From Ranitomeya imitator (taxonomy: Eukaryota): a stretch of DNA of 64,000 nt. Below are positions 1 to 10,732 of this stretch, piece after piece. Below the pieces are notes generated by a model that saw only the letters and a list, made by a program, of their open reading frames with translations, had not been told where the DNA came from and ran no database searches. The stretch lies in NCBI RefSeq assembly GCF_032444005.1, contig NC_091285.1:413788001-413852000 (forward strand). The letters are read 5' to 3'. The position numbers and the translations under genes are program-made. Every line of letters begins with the position of its first letter. Within the stretch, counting starts at the first letter, position 1.

Positions 1-205
1 GTTAAATGCCGCTGTCAGCGTTTAACAGCAGTATTTAACTAGTTAATAGCGGCGGGTGAATCACGATTTCACCCGCCACTATCGCGGGCACATGTCAGCT
101 GTACAAAAAGGCTGACATGTCCCGGCTTTGAGGTGGGCTCAGCGCCGGAGCCCACATCAAAGCAGGGGATCCGACCTCCGCCGTACGGCGGAGGTCGGTA
201 AGGGG
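1..205. mobile_element. Right end of a non-autonomous piggyBac-like (TTAA) element, cut by the window start
   Basis: Ends ...GTAAGGGG followed by TTAA (206-209). Closely similar to the right end of the TTAA-flanked element at 15311-16547. Confidence 0.65.
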
Positions 206-249
206 TTAAATGTACTCAATGCTATTACTCCATTTGTAAGATCATTTAA

Positions 250-3097
250 CCCCTTCAGCTCCCAAGCCTGTTTTCACCTTCATCACCAGGCCAAATTTTA
301 CAATTCTCACCAGTGTCGCTTTGAGGTTATAACTCTGGAACGCTTCAACAGATCCCTCTGATTCTGAGGCTGTTTTTTTGTGACATATTGTACTTCATGA
401 TAATGGTAAAATTTCTTCAATATGACTTGAGTAAATGCAAATTTGGCGAAAATTTTGCAATTTTCAAAGTTGATTTTTATGCCCTTAAATCAGTTATGTC
501 ACACGAAATAGTTCATAAATAACATTTCCCACATGTCTACTTATCAGCACAATTTTTAAAGCATAATTTTTTTGTTGTTGGCAAGTTATAAGGGTTAAAA
601 GTTGAAAAGCGATTTCTCATTTTTTGTTCAACGAAAATTACAAAACAATTTTTTTTTATAGACCACATTACATTTAAAGTCACTTTGTGGTATTTTCTGT
701 CATATAGATCCTTCAAAGTGACACCATTCTAAAAACTGCACCCCTCAAGGTGCTCGAAACCACATTCAAAAAGTTTATTAACCCATCAGGTGCTTCACAT
801 GAATTTTTGAAATGTGGAAGAAAAAAATTAACATTTAGCTTTTTTTTTTTCTTCCACAAATTTTAATTTGGATCCAAATTTCTTTATTTTCACAAGGGTA
901 ACAGGAATAAATGGACCCCAAAATCTATTGTGCAATTTCCTGAGCAGTCTGATACGGTGAGAAAACCAGTGTTTGGGCGCATGGCAGGCCTCATAAGGGA
1001 AGGAGCGCCATTTGACTTTTTGAATGCAAAATTTGCTGAAATAATTAGCGGATGCCATGTCGCGTTGGGAGAGCCCCTGCTATGCATAAACAATGGAAAG
1101 CCCCACAAATGACCCCATTTTGGAAACTAGACCACTCGGCAAACTTATCTGGATGTGTATTGAGCACCTTGAACCCCCAGGTGCTTTACAGAAGTTTAAC
1201 ATTGAGCCATGAAAATAAGAAATTTCCCCCAAAAATGTATTTTAGCCCCAAAGTGTAACAGAGTACGCAGATACTCCATATGTGGTGAAAAACTACTCTT
1301 CGGGCGCATTGCAGGGCTCAGAAGGGAAGTTGTTTGGAATGCAGGTTTTGGTGGAATGGTCTGCAGATGTCATGTTGCGTTTAGAGAGCCCCACATGTGG
1401 GGAGTTTCTACTGTTTTGGCACAAGTGACACCATTTTGTAAACTAGACCCCTCAAGGAATCTATCTAGATGTGTCGTGAGCACCTGGAACCCATTGGTGC
1501 TTCACAGAATTTTACAACGTTGATCTGTGAAAATTAAGAAATATTTTTAGCTCCAATTTTTTATTTTTTTTTCACAAGGATAGCAGGAGAAAATGGAGCC
1601 GAAAATTTGTTGTGCAATTTCTCATGAGTACACTAAAAGCCCATATGTGGTCGAAAAACAGTTTTGAGGCACAGTGCACAGCTCAGAAGGAAAATAGCAC
1701 CAAACTGGAGTTCAGATTTTGCTGGACCGGTTTGAGAGGGCCATGTCAGTGCCAGAACAGCAACCCCCCCCCCCCCCCCCTCCATCATAAGAGACATCAT
1801 TTTACAAACTACAAATCTCAGTGAATCAATCTAGGGGTGCAGTGATCATGTTGACTCCACAGCTGGGTCACAGAATTTTATACCATTGGGCTGTGAAGAA
1901 AATAATTACATTTTTACCACCAAAATTTTACTTTAGCCCAAGATTTTACATTTTCAAACTGGGAAATGGGTAAAAATGACGTCAAAATTTGTCCCACAAT
2001 TTCTGCTGCATGTGGAAATACCTCATATATGGATGTGTACAGTACTGCTCAGCCACACTGCAAGAATCTGGAGGGATGGAGCTCTATTTGCCTACCATTT
2101 TTGGGCACATTACGTTTTTTGACCACTTTCTATTCTATTTTTGGGAGGCAGAATGAACAAAAATCAGCAATTCAAGATGTTTTTTATGCTGTTTCGCATG
2201 TGGTAAAATTAATAAGCCTGATTTATTCTTCGGGTCTGTACAATTAAAGCGATACCACATTTATATTTATGTTTTGGCGCTTTTACACAAACTATTTCAT
2301 AGAATAAATAATTTTGCATCATTTTATTCTGAGCTATAACTTTTTTATTTTTCCACTGATTGGGCTCTATGGCAGCATTTTTTTTTTTTGCGGGACAAGA
2401 TGTTTTCAGCTAAACCATTTTTATTTACATTCGTCTTTTTGATAGCATTTTATTCCCCTTTTTGTTCCGTATGCTAAAGCATAATTTTTGGCCTTATGTA
2501 TATATTTTTTATGCTGTTTACAGAAGGGGGTTAACTAGTGGGACAGTCTTATAGGTCGGGTCGTTCCGGACGCAGCTATATCAAATATATATTTTTTCCG
2601 TAAAAATATTTATTTATGGGTACAATATGTATATATTTTTTTTCCTTATTCCCACTATGGGACATTCACTATTCTGCAGTCTGATCTCAGTTATAAGGTA
2701 TAGCAATGCAGGAGCATTGCTATACCTTGTAGCCTGTCAGCCCTGCAGACACAAATTTAGATTGTACACTGCATATGATCTAACTAACTTGGTAGTGCGT
2801 GGTAACCCGGATTGTAGTAATGATGCCATCAGGTCACCATGGCAACGTTCTGGCCCCCCATGATCACTACGATCCAAGGGTAGAGTAGCTTTCTTCCCTC
2901 TGCCTGCTTGCTAAATGCTGCAATTGCAGCATTTAGGGGGTTAAAGTGCCAGGCGCAGTGTGGGCTTCAGCTGTCTGAATCAGCTGACACCCAGCGCTCG
3001 CAAAATCGCCTGGTTGGATACATACGTCCAAGGTCGGTAAGTATCTCCAAGTACCTAGCAACCTAGACGTATGGATACGTCCAATGTCGGGAAGGGT
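250..3097. mobile_element. Non-autonomous piggyBac-like element, about 2.85 kb, in an IRF5 intron
   Basis: TTAA at 246-249 and 3098-3101. Starts CCCCTTC and ends GAAGGGT. No transposase ORF; degenerate internal repeats. Confidence 0.65.
720..2100 (+). repeat. Four degenerate 320-390 bp internal repeat units of the piggyBac-like element
   Basis: Units start with GAC(A/C)(C/T)CATT..AAACT at 720, 1111, 1427 and 1793, each with similar downstream sequence. Confidence 0.55.
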
Positions 3098-3101
3098 TTA
3101 A

Positions 3102-3345
3102 AGGGAACATGGAATTGGCTTCATACTACCTGAACAACAGGTATCGTGACTCAGAACATAACTACGGCGTTTCAGAGAAACCAGTCTGAAAACCCGGGCA
3201 CTGTATACATACATGAGGGGAGCGGTCAATGAACTTGAAGAAGGCTGCATTTCAGAGAAAACCATACATGGCTGCAGTCGTGCACCCAGGCTCTGATTCA
3301 TGCTGCTCATGCTTTGGGCAGCATGAATCTAATGACAGGCTCTCG
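3102..3345. mobile_element. Degenerate T2/Kolobok-like MITE
   Basis: Begins AGGGAAC right after TTAA and ends near TGACAGGCTCTC, resembling the TGACAGGTTCCCT terminus. Confidence 0.3.
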
Positions 3346-3433
3346 GTCTTTGCTGTAGTAAAAGGTTTATTTTTAGGCCTAGAATACATGTTGATATTTA
3401 GTGATTTAATTTATTTTTTCTTTATGTCCACAG

Positions 3434-3552
3434 AGCTTATTGCATGCCAGAAAGGACAGACTAATGTACTGCCCCCATATGAGATATTTTTCTGCTTCGG
3501 GGAGGAATGGCCAGATCGAAAACCCAAGGAGAAAAAGTTAATCACTGTACAG
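3434..3552 (+). CDS. IRF5: Interferon regulatory factor 5, penultimate coding exon (119 nt)
   Basis: CAG acceptor 3431-3433 and GT donor 3553. Encodes (E)[39 protein letters not shown], which matches the IRF5 IAD C-terminal region as I recall it. Confidence 0.95.
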
Positions 3553-3753
3553 GTACTAGACTTGTTAGATTATACTTGGCAGCTCATGAAACTCTGTATT
3601 TCCTCACTTCATGGCTATTAAAGGGGTTGTCCCTTCTCAGCCAGAAACTGTGGAAATCTGCTGATTTTGATCGAAGATTCAGCCAGCGATACCTTTTTTC
3701 CTTGCTGTCACCACTACAGAAGAAACATATGACAAGTAAATGGTTGAAAATAA

Positions 3754-5160
3754 ACAGGAGTGTTCAAAATACTAGCAGTCCAATATGACTGACCAGATTA
3801 GTCACTGTTTTGGTATAAATTATATTACCACATGTCAAACAATTTACCAGTTGGTGCAGTAGATCCTAAGAAAACCAACAGCCTCCGCATTCATGATCTG
3901 CAGATTCCGGAGTCTGTGTATTAGGATAATTAATTGAAAGGTGTGTTCAAACTAATAGCAATGTGGAGATCAATTAGTGAGGTCAATTATTCTGTGAAGA
4001 AACAGTTGTGAATCAGGTGGACCTTATATAAGGGTGAAGCCAGGACATGTTGTTCATGCGTTTCTCCTTGAAAGCCTGAGAAATATTGGTCTTTCGAGAC
4101 ATTGTTCAGAAAAACAGCGTACTTTGATTAAAAGGTTTACCCTCTCCAAGCAACTGTTTAAAGTGCAGCCAATGATGGGGTGTTCAACTAGAATGATCTC
4201 CAATGCTTTAAAATGGAAAGCCAAACCAGAGACCTGGAAGAAAACGGAAGGCTACCATTGGAATGGATGGAAGGATAGCCAGAATGGCAAGGGCTCAGCC
4301 AATGATCAGCTTCATTATGATCAGACAGTCTCAAGTTACCTGTGAGTACTGTGAGAGTTAAGACGCCTGTCTGAAACTAATCTCTTAGCAAGAAGTCCCC
4401 ACAAAGTCCCACTGTAAAAAAGAAAAATGAACTGAAGCGCATACAATTTGCCAAAGAACACATCAACTGGCCTAAAGAGAAGTGGAGAAACATTTTGTGG
4501 ACGGAGGAAAGTAAAATTGATCTTTTTGTGTCCAAGGACCGCAGACAGTTCATCAGACGATCCCAAACTCTACATTCAAGCCACAGTACACTCTGAAGAC
4601 AGAAGCATGGTGGTGCAAGCATCATGATATGGGCATGTTTCTCTCGCTATGGTGCCGGACCTATTCCTATTTACCGCATACCAGGGATCATGGACAAGTT
4701 TGTGCGTATATTAAAATAATTGAAGTGGTCATGTTACCTTACGCTTATGAGGATGTGGCCTTGAAATGGGTGTTTCAACAAGACAGTGACCCTAAAAACA
4801 CCAGGAAACAAGCAAAATCTTGGTTACAGTCCAACAAAATTGAGGTTCTGGAGTACCCAGCCCAATTCCCGGACCTTAACCTGAAAGAACACTTGTGGGG
4901 TGACATAAAAAATGCTGTTTCTGAAGCGAAGCCAACAAATGCCAAAAAATTGTGGGATGTAGTCCAAGCATCCTGGGCTGGAATAGCAGCTGACAGGTGC
5001 CAGAAGTTTGTTGACTCTATGCAACACAGATATGAAGCAGTTCTAAAAAACTGTGAGTATATAACTAAATATTAGGATAGTGATTCACAAGAATGCTTAA
5101 CCCCCCCAAAAAAGTACATAGTGAGTGTGTAACGATTAATGCAGACACTATTTTTTTTTT
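3754..5160 (+). pseudogene. Decayed Tc1/mariner transposon with frameshifted DD34E transposase
   Basis: Fragments [22 protein letters not shown] and WVFQQDSDPKN...PAQFPDLNLKEHLW...RCQKFVDSM spread across frames. Boundaries are approximate. Confidence 0.85.
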
Positions 5161-5166
5161 CTTTAA

Positions 5167-5977
5167 AGGGAACCTGTCACCCCGTTTTTTGAGATTGAGC
5201 TATAAATACTGTTAAATAGGGCCTGCGCTGTGTGTTCCTATAGTGTATGTAGTGTACCCCGATTCCCCATGTATGCTGAGAAATAACTTACCAAAGTCGC
5301 CGTTTTCGCCTGTCAATCAGGCTGGTCAGGTCGGGAGGGCGTGGTGACATCGCTGGTTCTTCCTCAGCTTTACGTTGGTGGCGTAGTGGCGTAGTGGTGA
5401 AGACACAGCGCGCGATCTGCGCTGTCATCCCTTTCGTCGGTGGGGGCGGCCATCTTCCTGGGGCCGCGCGTGCGCAGATCGAGTGCTCTGCTGCACGAGG
5501 CTTCAGGAAAATGGCCGCGGGATGCCGCGCGTGCGCATTAGAGATCGCGGCGGCCATTTTCCCAAAGCCGAGTTTGCATCTCGGCTTTGGGAAAATGGCC
5601 GCCGCGATCTCTAATGCGCACGCGCGGCATCCCGCGGCCATTTTCCTGAAGCCCCGTGCAGCAGAGCACTCGATCTGCGCACGCGCGGCCCCAGGAAGAT
5701 GGCCGCCCCCACCGACGAAAGGGATGACAGCGCAGATCGCGCGCTGTGTCTTCACCACTACGCCACCAACGTAAAGCTGAGGAAGAACCAGCGATGTCAC
5801 CACGCCCTCCCGACCTGACCAGCCTGATTGACAGGCGAAAACGGCGACTTTGGTAAGTTATTTCTCAGCATACATGGGGAATCGGGGTACACTACATACA
5901 CTATAGGAACACACAGCGCAGGCCCTATTTAACAGTATTTATAGCTCAATCTCAAAAAACGGGGTGACAGGTTCCCT
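5167..5977. mobile_element. T2/Kolobok-like MITE, near-perfect 811 bp palindrome, in the last IRF5 intron
   Basis: TTAA at 5163-5166 and 5978-5981. Termini AGGGAACCTGTCA / TGACAGGTTCCCT. Arms are complementary up to a short loop near 5572-5578; the left arm has one 8-bp duplication. Confidence 0.85.
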
Positions 5978-6278
5978 TTAAACAACCCAATGTTCATTTT
6001 TGGTTTTCTATAAGGAAGTTATATACATTCCTTGTCATGTGTATAAAGATTTTGTGATTAATTCATGTTTTTGAATACTACTGTATATTGGCAGCCCAAG
6101 CCCAAACAGAATGAGATCTGCTTGGGCTCATAAGGAGGGTTTTAACCAAAGCACTCTCTGACAACTTATGCCTTAACATGGTATTATCGGGTTGTCCTGG
6201 TGGGCGAGTCCATTTTTAAATAAATGTTGATTACTAACTATTTTACTTCATTTCATGATGTTTTCATTCATCTTGTAG

Positions 6279-6524
6279 GTTATTCCTGTAGCTGCACGCT
6301 TACTATCTGAAATCTTCACTGGGGAAATCTCCTGGTCTGCAGATAGTATAAAGCTTCAAATCTCACATCCCGACCTAAAGGATAAGATGGTGGAGCAATT
6401 TAAAGAACTTCATCAGTTGTGGCAAAGTCAGCAGGCCCAAGCTATGGTCCCAGATGGAGGAGCAAGTGCCGCTGTAAATGTAGACTCTGGCCCATGGCCT
6501 ATGCATACAGGAAACATGCAGTAA
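6279..6524 (+). CDS. IRF5: Interferon regulatory factor 5, last coding exon (81 aa + TAA)
   Basis: TAG acceptor 6276-6278. Encodes VIPVAARLLSEIFTGEISWSADSIKLQISHPDLKDKMVEQFKELHQLWQSQQ...GPWPMHTGNMQ*, including the serine-rich activation segment (SWSADSIKLQIS). Confidence 0.95.
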   Translation, partial: VIPVAARLLSEIFTGEISWSADSIKLQISHPDLKDKMVEQFKELHQLWQSQQAQAMVPDGGASAAVNVDSGPWPMHTGNMQ

Positions 6525-6760
6525 CAGGACTGCTGTGATGGAGACGAATGTGGTTCATGAAACTATATGGGCTTGACAATGAATGACGTCAAACCGCAGA
6601 AGTTTAGGGAAATTGTCATCTACTGGAGAGGAAGAGGTTTAGGTTCTCAAGTCACATGTTTGTCCAGAATAATACTTTATTGCTTCAACAGTAGGAAACC
6701 TCAGGGATAAGGTCTCACACTCTTCTGTAGGGGAAAGAATGAAATCCAGAAACTCTTGGG

Positions 6761-7055
6761 TAGTGATGAGCGAATATACTCGTTACTTGAGATTTCCTGA
6801 GCATGCTCGGGTGTCCTCTGAGTATTTTTTTTTAGTGCTCAGATTGTTTTTTTTTTTCGCCGCAGCTGAATGATTTACATCTCTTAGCCAGCTTGATTAC
6901 ATGTGGGGATTCCCTAGCAACCAGGCAACCCCCACATGTACATGGCCTGGCCAATAGCTGTAAACTATTCAGCTGTGGTGATGAAAACTAAAACTCTGAG
7001 GACACCTGCGCGTGCTCGGGAAATCTCAAATAACTAGTATATTCGCTCATCACTA
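6761..7055. mobile_element. hAT-like MITE
   Basis: TIR TAGTGATGAGCGAATATACT / AGTATATTCGCTCATCACTA. Same family as 55871-56133, which has an 8-bp TSD. Confidence 0.7.
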
Positions 7056-7175
7056 ATCTTGACCAATATAACTGTGTTTGATGTTTAGGGTGTCCATCCT
7101 CCAAGACAAAAACCATGACATTAATCTATGTTCTAATGGTGAAATCCTGTATTTCTGTAATATAGCTGGTCATAA

Positions 7176-7181
7176 AATAAA
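7176..7181 (+). promoter_or_regulatory. Candidate IRF5 polyadenylation signal (alternative at 8132-8137)
   Basis: AATAAA hexamer downstream of the stop codon; motif only. Confidence 0.3.
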
Positions 7182-7367
7182 CATGTAGAGCATAGAAGGG
7201 GAATGGAATACGGAGATAGATTCCGGTTCTACTTCTTCATTGTAAATTTGTTGCCTTCCGCTGAGGATGTTTTTATACATCTAAAGAAAATGTTACAATG
7301 CGTGAAGGTTAACAAGGAGCGGTGTTGTTTTTTTTTCTCTTTAACGTAAGATTCCATGCTGCTTTTA

Positions 7368-7645
7368 GGGTATGTGCACACGTATTCTGGAGGACTGCGG
7401 ATTTTTCTGCAGCGGATTTGGAAAAACCGCAGTACAAAACCGCTGCGGTTTTTCCTGCAGATTTATCGCGGATTTTCCTGCGGATTCCACTGCGGCTTTA
7501 CACCTGCAGTTTTCAATTGGAGCAGGTGTAAAACCGCAGCAGAATCCGCACAAAGAATGGACATGCTGCGCAATGTAAACCGCTGCGTTTCTGCGCATTT
7601 CAAAAATGGGAAACCGCTGCGGATCCGCAGCGTGTGCACATACCC
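7368..7645. mobile_element. PIF/Harbinger-like MITE
   Basis: TIR GGGTATGTGCACACG / CGTGTGCACATACCC flanked by TTA and TAA. Confidence 0.75.
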
Positions 7646-7649
7646 TAAA

Positions 7650-8079
7650 AGGGAAAGTGTCAACAGGATTTCACAGACCAAACTGTGTACATGTAGCTTT
7701 CTCAAAGACAAGTCCAGCAATATTTTTCCATAGCCAAACCACACCTTCACTACTGAGAAATCAGCCTTTGAGTTGATGTGTAAATGAAGCTAAAGAACTA
7801 CTTGTAGATTTTAAAGCCTTTGTGACTCCAGCTCTACGCTTTTCCTGCTTGCCCAACAGCCTCATTGCTGTGTGATTTCAGGCAAAAAGAGCGATCAGTC
7901 AACTGTAAGGAAGGAAAGCTGGGCTGGGAATAGAGCTGGAGGGACAGAGGCATCAAATCTACAGACTCATTTGCATATCCATTAAAAAACTGATTTTTAT
8001 AATGGAGAAAATGACTGCCCATGCCTTTGAAAAAGCTACAGCCATAGTTTGTGGGTGAATTCCTGCTGACAAATTCCCT
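7650..8079. mobile_element. T2/Kolobok-like MITE
   Basis: Imperfect TIR AGGGAAAGTGTCAACAGGA / TCCTGCTGACAAATTCCCT, with TTAA at 8080-8083. Confidence 0.6.
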
Positions 8080-9345
8080 TTAAGACGGAATAATAACCGA
8101 TTTGTTTTACAGAGCAGTGGGGTGTAGGCTAAATAAATGGGATTTTTGGAAAGTGTTTATTTGGTATTGCAGCTTTATTCCAGTCACTTAAGCTTTAGTA
8201 AGAAGAGGTCCAGCACTTATACAAAGGGAAAACTAGTATGAAAGTGACTTTCAGGTGAACTGTTGTATATAAATATTAACTTTTCATGTGTTTTTTTTTT
8301 ACAGCATTATGATTTGTATTACAAAAATCTACACAAGAACGTCTATTTTGTTTTGTAGATGATTAACCATATAACCGGCCTGCACTGAGAATAACCGCAC
8401 TTACTGATTACACAGCCTTACACACTGTCAATTTGCACATATAGATGAATAACTGAAAGAAAACAGATGTCATACCTACACAAAATATAAAAACAGGAAC
8501 AAATGACTTCCATTACCAGTGTCTGGCAGTACTGTCTGCTTCTTAAACTGCACAGACTTTAAACAGTCTTTAAGAGTGTCCAATTTATCAGAGGCTGATG
8601 AGGTTTTAAGGCTGGCTATCCTATGTTGGCACCTCCTAGGACTTGGCTGGCTTGTTCCAGAGAAGTGAGGCACAATTTTGTTACTTTTTGTTGCCTGTCA
8701 AGTCATGTCCCTTTACAAGACAAGTGTCTAAACCACATATGGTGCAAGCCATAAGTTTGTTTTTCCCGTCTCCCATGACAGCACACCTGAGAGAGTGATC
8801 CGCCCAGTCAGGACAGGAAACCTACTGAAATAAAAGGGCGGTACCTCTCCCTCGCTTCAGTTGGGTTTCCTGTCCTGAACCCTTGTGCTGAAATCACGGC
8901 AGTATTGATTGAAGATCCACTTACCCACTCCTGTCCCGGCACTGGAAGCGCAGGCAGAGCGCCTGTATGTCGGCCTTCAGGAGATGATAGTGCGGTTCGC
9001 AGATCGTGCGGGCGTCGGTCCAGCACAGTCCGGACTCTTGAGGCCATTCTGTGTCTGCCACTCCGCTCTCTCCCCTCTGCTGGGCGACTTCTGGGCGCGC
9101 GGCTGACGTTGCGCGCAAGGCACGCTGGGAATGGGCGTGCCTGCGTGACGTCAGAGCGGCGCGCCGGATCCAAGATGGCGGCGCCCATGGAATGAACGCC
9201 GGAGGCATTACAGGCTTCCCAGCGGTGTACAGGAGGGGGAGAGGAGCGCAACGGATACCGGAAGAGGTGGGGAGCACTGAGGATGACCCTTTATTAAGGG
9301 TGAAGCTGCACAGAACGTCGCTCATTTCCATACAGCTTTCCAGAG

Positions 9346-10726
9346 ATGGAGGATCGTATGGAGCAGCAGCAAGAGCCCTTATCAGGTGATTCACCGGCTC
9401 ACCAACGTGCTAAGAATAGCCGCTCGAGTGGAAGGAGCGGCAATCGTCCTAGCCCGGACGTCACAGGACTCTTCAGCCTCCAGGAGGAATGTTCCCCGTG
9501 CTCCTAGTCCGCCTTGGAATCCGGCACCCTTTATGGTCAGCGGGCGGTGAGTGATCTACGTGAATGTCACTCTGGTGGTAATGGGCTACATTTTCTGTTA
9601 ACTTGGCAGGCGCCGAGGAAGGCTAGCTCCAAGTCTAAGAATAAGGAATGTGCCCTCTGTAGAGTTCCGTTGGCAGTCCAGTGGCAGAAGAGTCTTTGTA
9701 TAGATTGCATCCAAAAAACTATCCAGGAAGAGACCCCTGACATTGTCTCCCTGCTCCTCCTCCTCTAGGTCCTCTGGCTCCTCTTCAGATAGCGATGTTG
9801 GGGGCCGTCCGTGCTTTCTAACCGAGAACACGGACAAGCTAGTAAAAGCCGTCAGAGCTTCAATGGGCCTAAAATATGAAAAAGCGGCCAAATCCCTGGA
9901 GGACATTATGTTTGGGGGTCTAGAGGAAAAGAGAAAGCGTACCTTTCCAGTTAACCCCAAAGTAAAAGGCCTTATAGAAAAGGAATGGAGGAAGCCGGAG
10001 AAATCGGATAATCTACCCTTGGCTTCTAAAAGACGTTACCCCTTTGAGGAGAAAGATTCGGAGACTTGGGATAAGGTTCCAAAAATCGATGGTGCGGTAG
10101 CTATATCATCTAAAAAGTTATCCCTTCCCTTAGACTCTGGCGTGTTAAGGGATCCCTTAGACAAGAAAGCGGATGGATTCCTAAGACACACCTGGGAAGC
10201 GACCGCAGGGGGTTTAAAACTGGCAATCGCAGGGACCTGTGTCGTGCGTTCCCTTATTGTCTGGCTACAGCAGATAGAGGAGCAATTGAAATCTAAAGCT
10301 CCAAAGGATGAAATTTTAACTAATGTAACTATGGCTAAAGGAGCAGCAGCCTTTATAGCAGATTCTTCGGCAGACTCCGTAAGGCTGGCAGCTAGGGCAG
10401 CAAGTTTATCCAATGCGGCTAGACGTGCTCTCTGGTTGAAGAGGTGCCCGAGTGACTTACCTTCAAAGAATAGACTTTGTTCTATACCGTGTGATGGCCA
10501 TTTCCTCTTTGGTGAAAAATTATAAGACATTTTGGAGAAAGCAGGAGATAGGAAAAAGGGTTTTCCTCTCTTTCCAGTGGACTTTAGAAGACCTTATTTT
10601 CGGAGGGGCAAATTTAGTAGGGGCCGCACCCCGGGAGATAGAAGGAATTGGGACTCCAGAGACAGAAAGGGATCTGGATATATGTTTAAAGGTTCCTCGA
10701 CATCAGCGAAAAAGCCCTCCCAATGA
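9346..10726 (+). pseudogene. DIRS A gag (predicted exon 1 plus C2C2-finger exon), frameshifted
   Basis: CALCRVPLAVQWQKSLCIDC, then KLVKAVRASMG...RRALWLK...CSIPCDG. Internal TAA at 10523; natural stop TGA 10724-10726. Confidence 0.8.
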
Positions 10727-10732
10727 CGCCAG

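Noticed and set aside
5288-5803. Near-identical 126-171 aa ORFs on both strands
   Set aside because: They are a by-product of the GC-rich palindromic MITE and have no recognisable domain.
8829-8834. AATAAA in the DIRS A ITR as an IRF5 poly(A) signal
   Set aside because: Earlier AATAAA motifs exist (7176, 8132), and this one fits the TATA position of the ITR promoter.
8909-9106. Short leader ORFs in DIRS A, C and D as a possible fourth gene
   Set aside because: No visible similarity between families in sequence, length or position.
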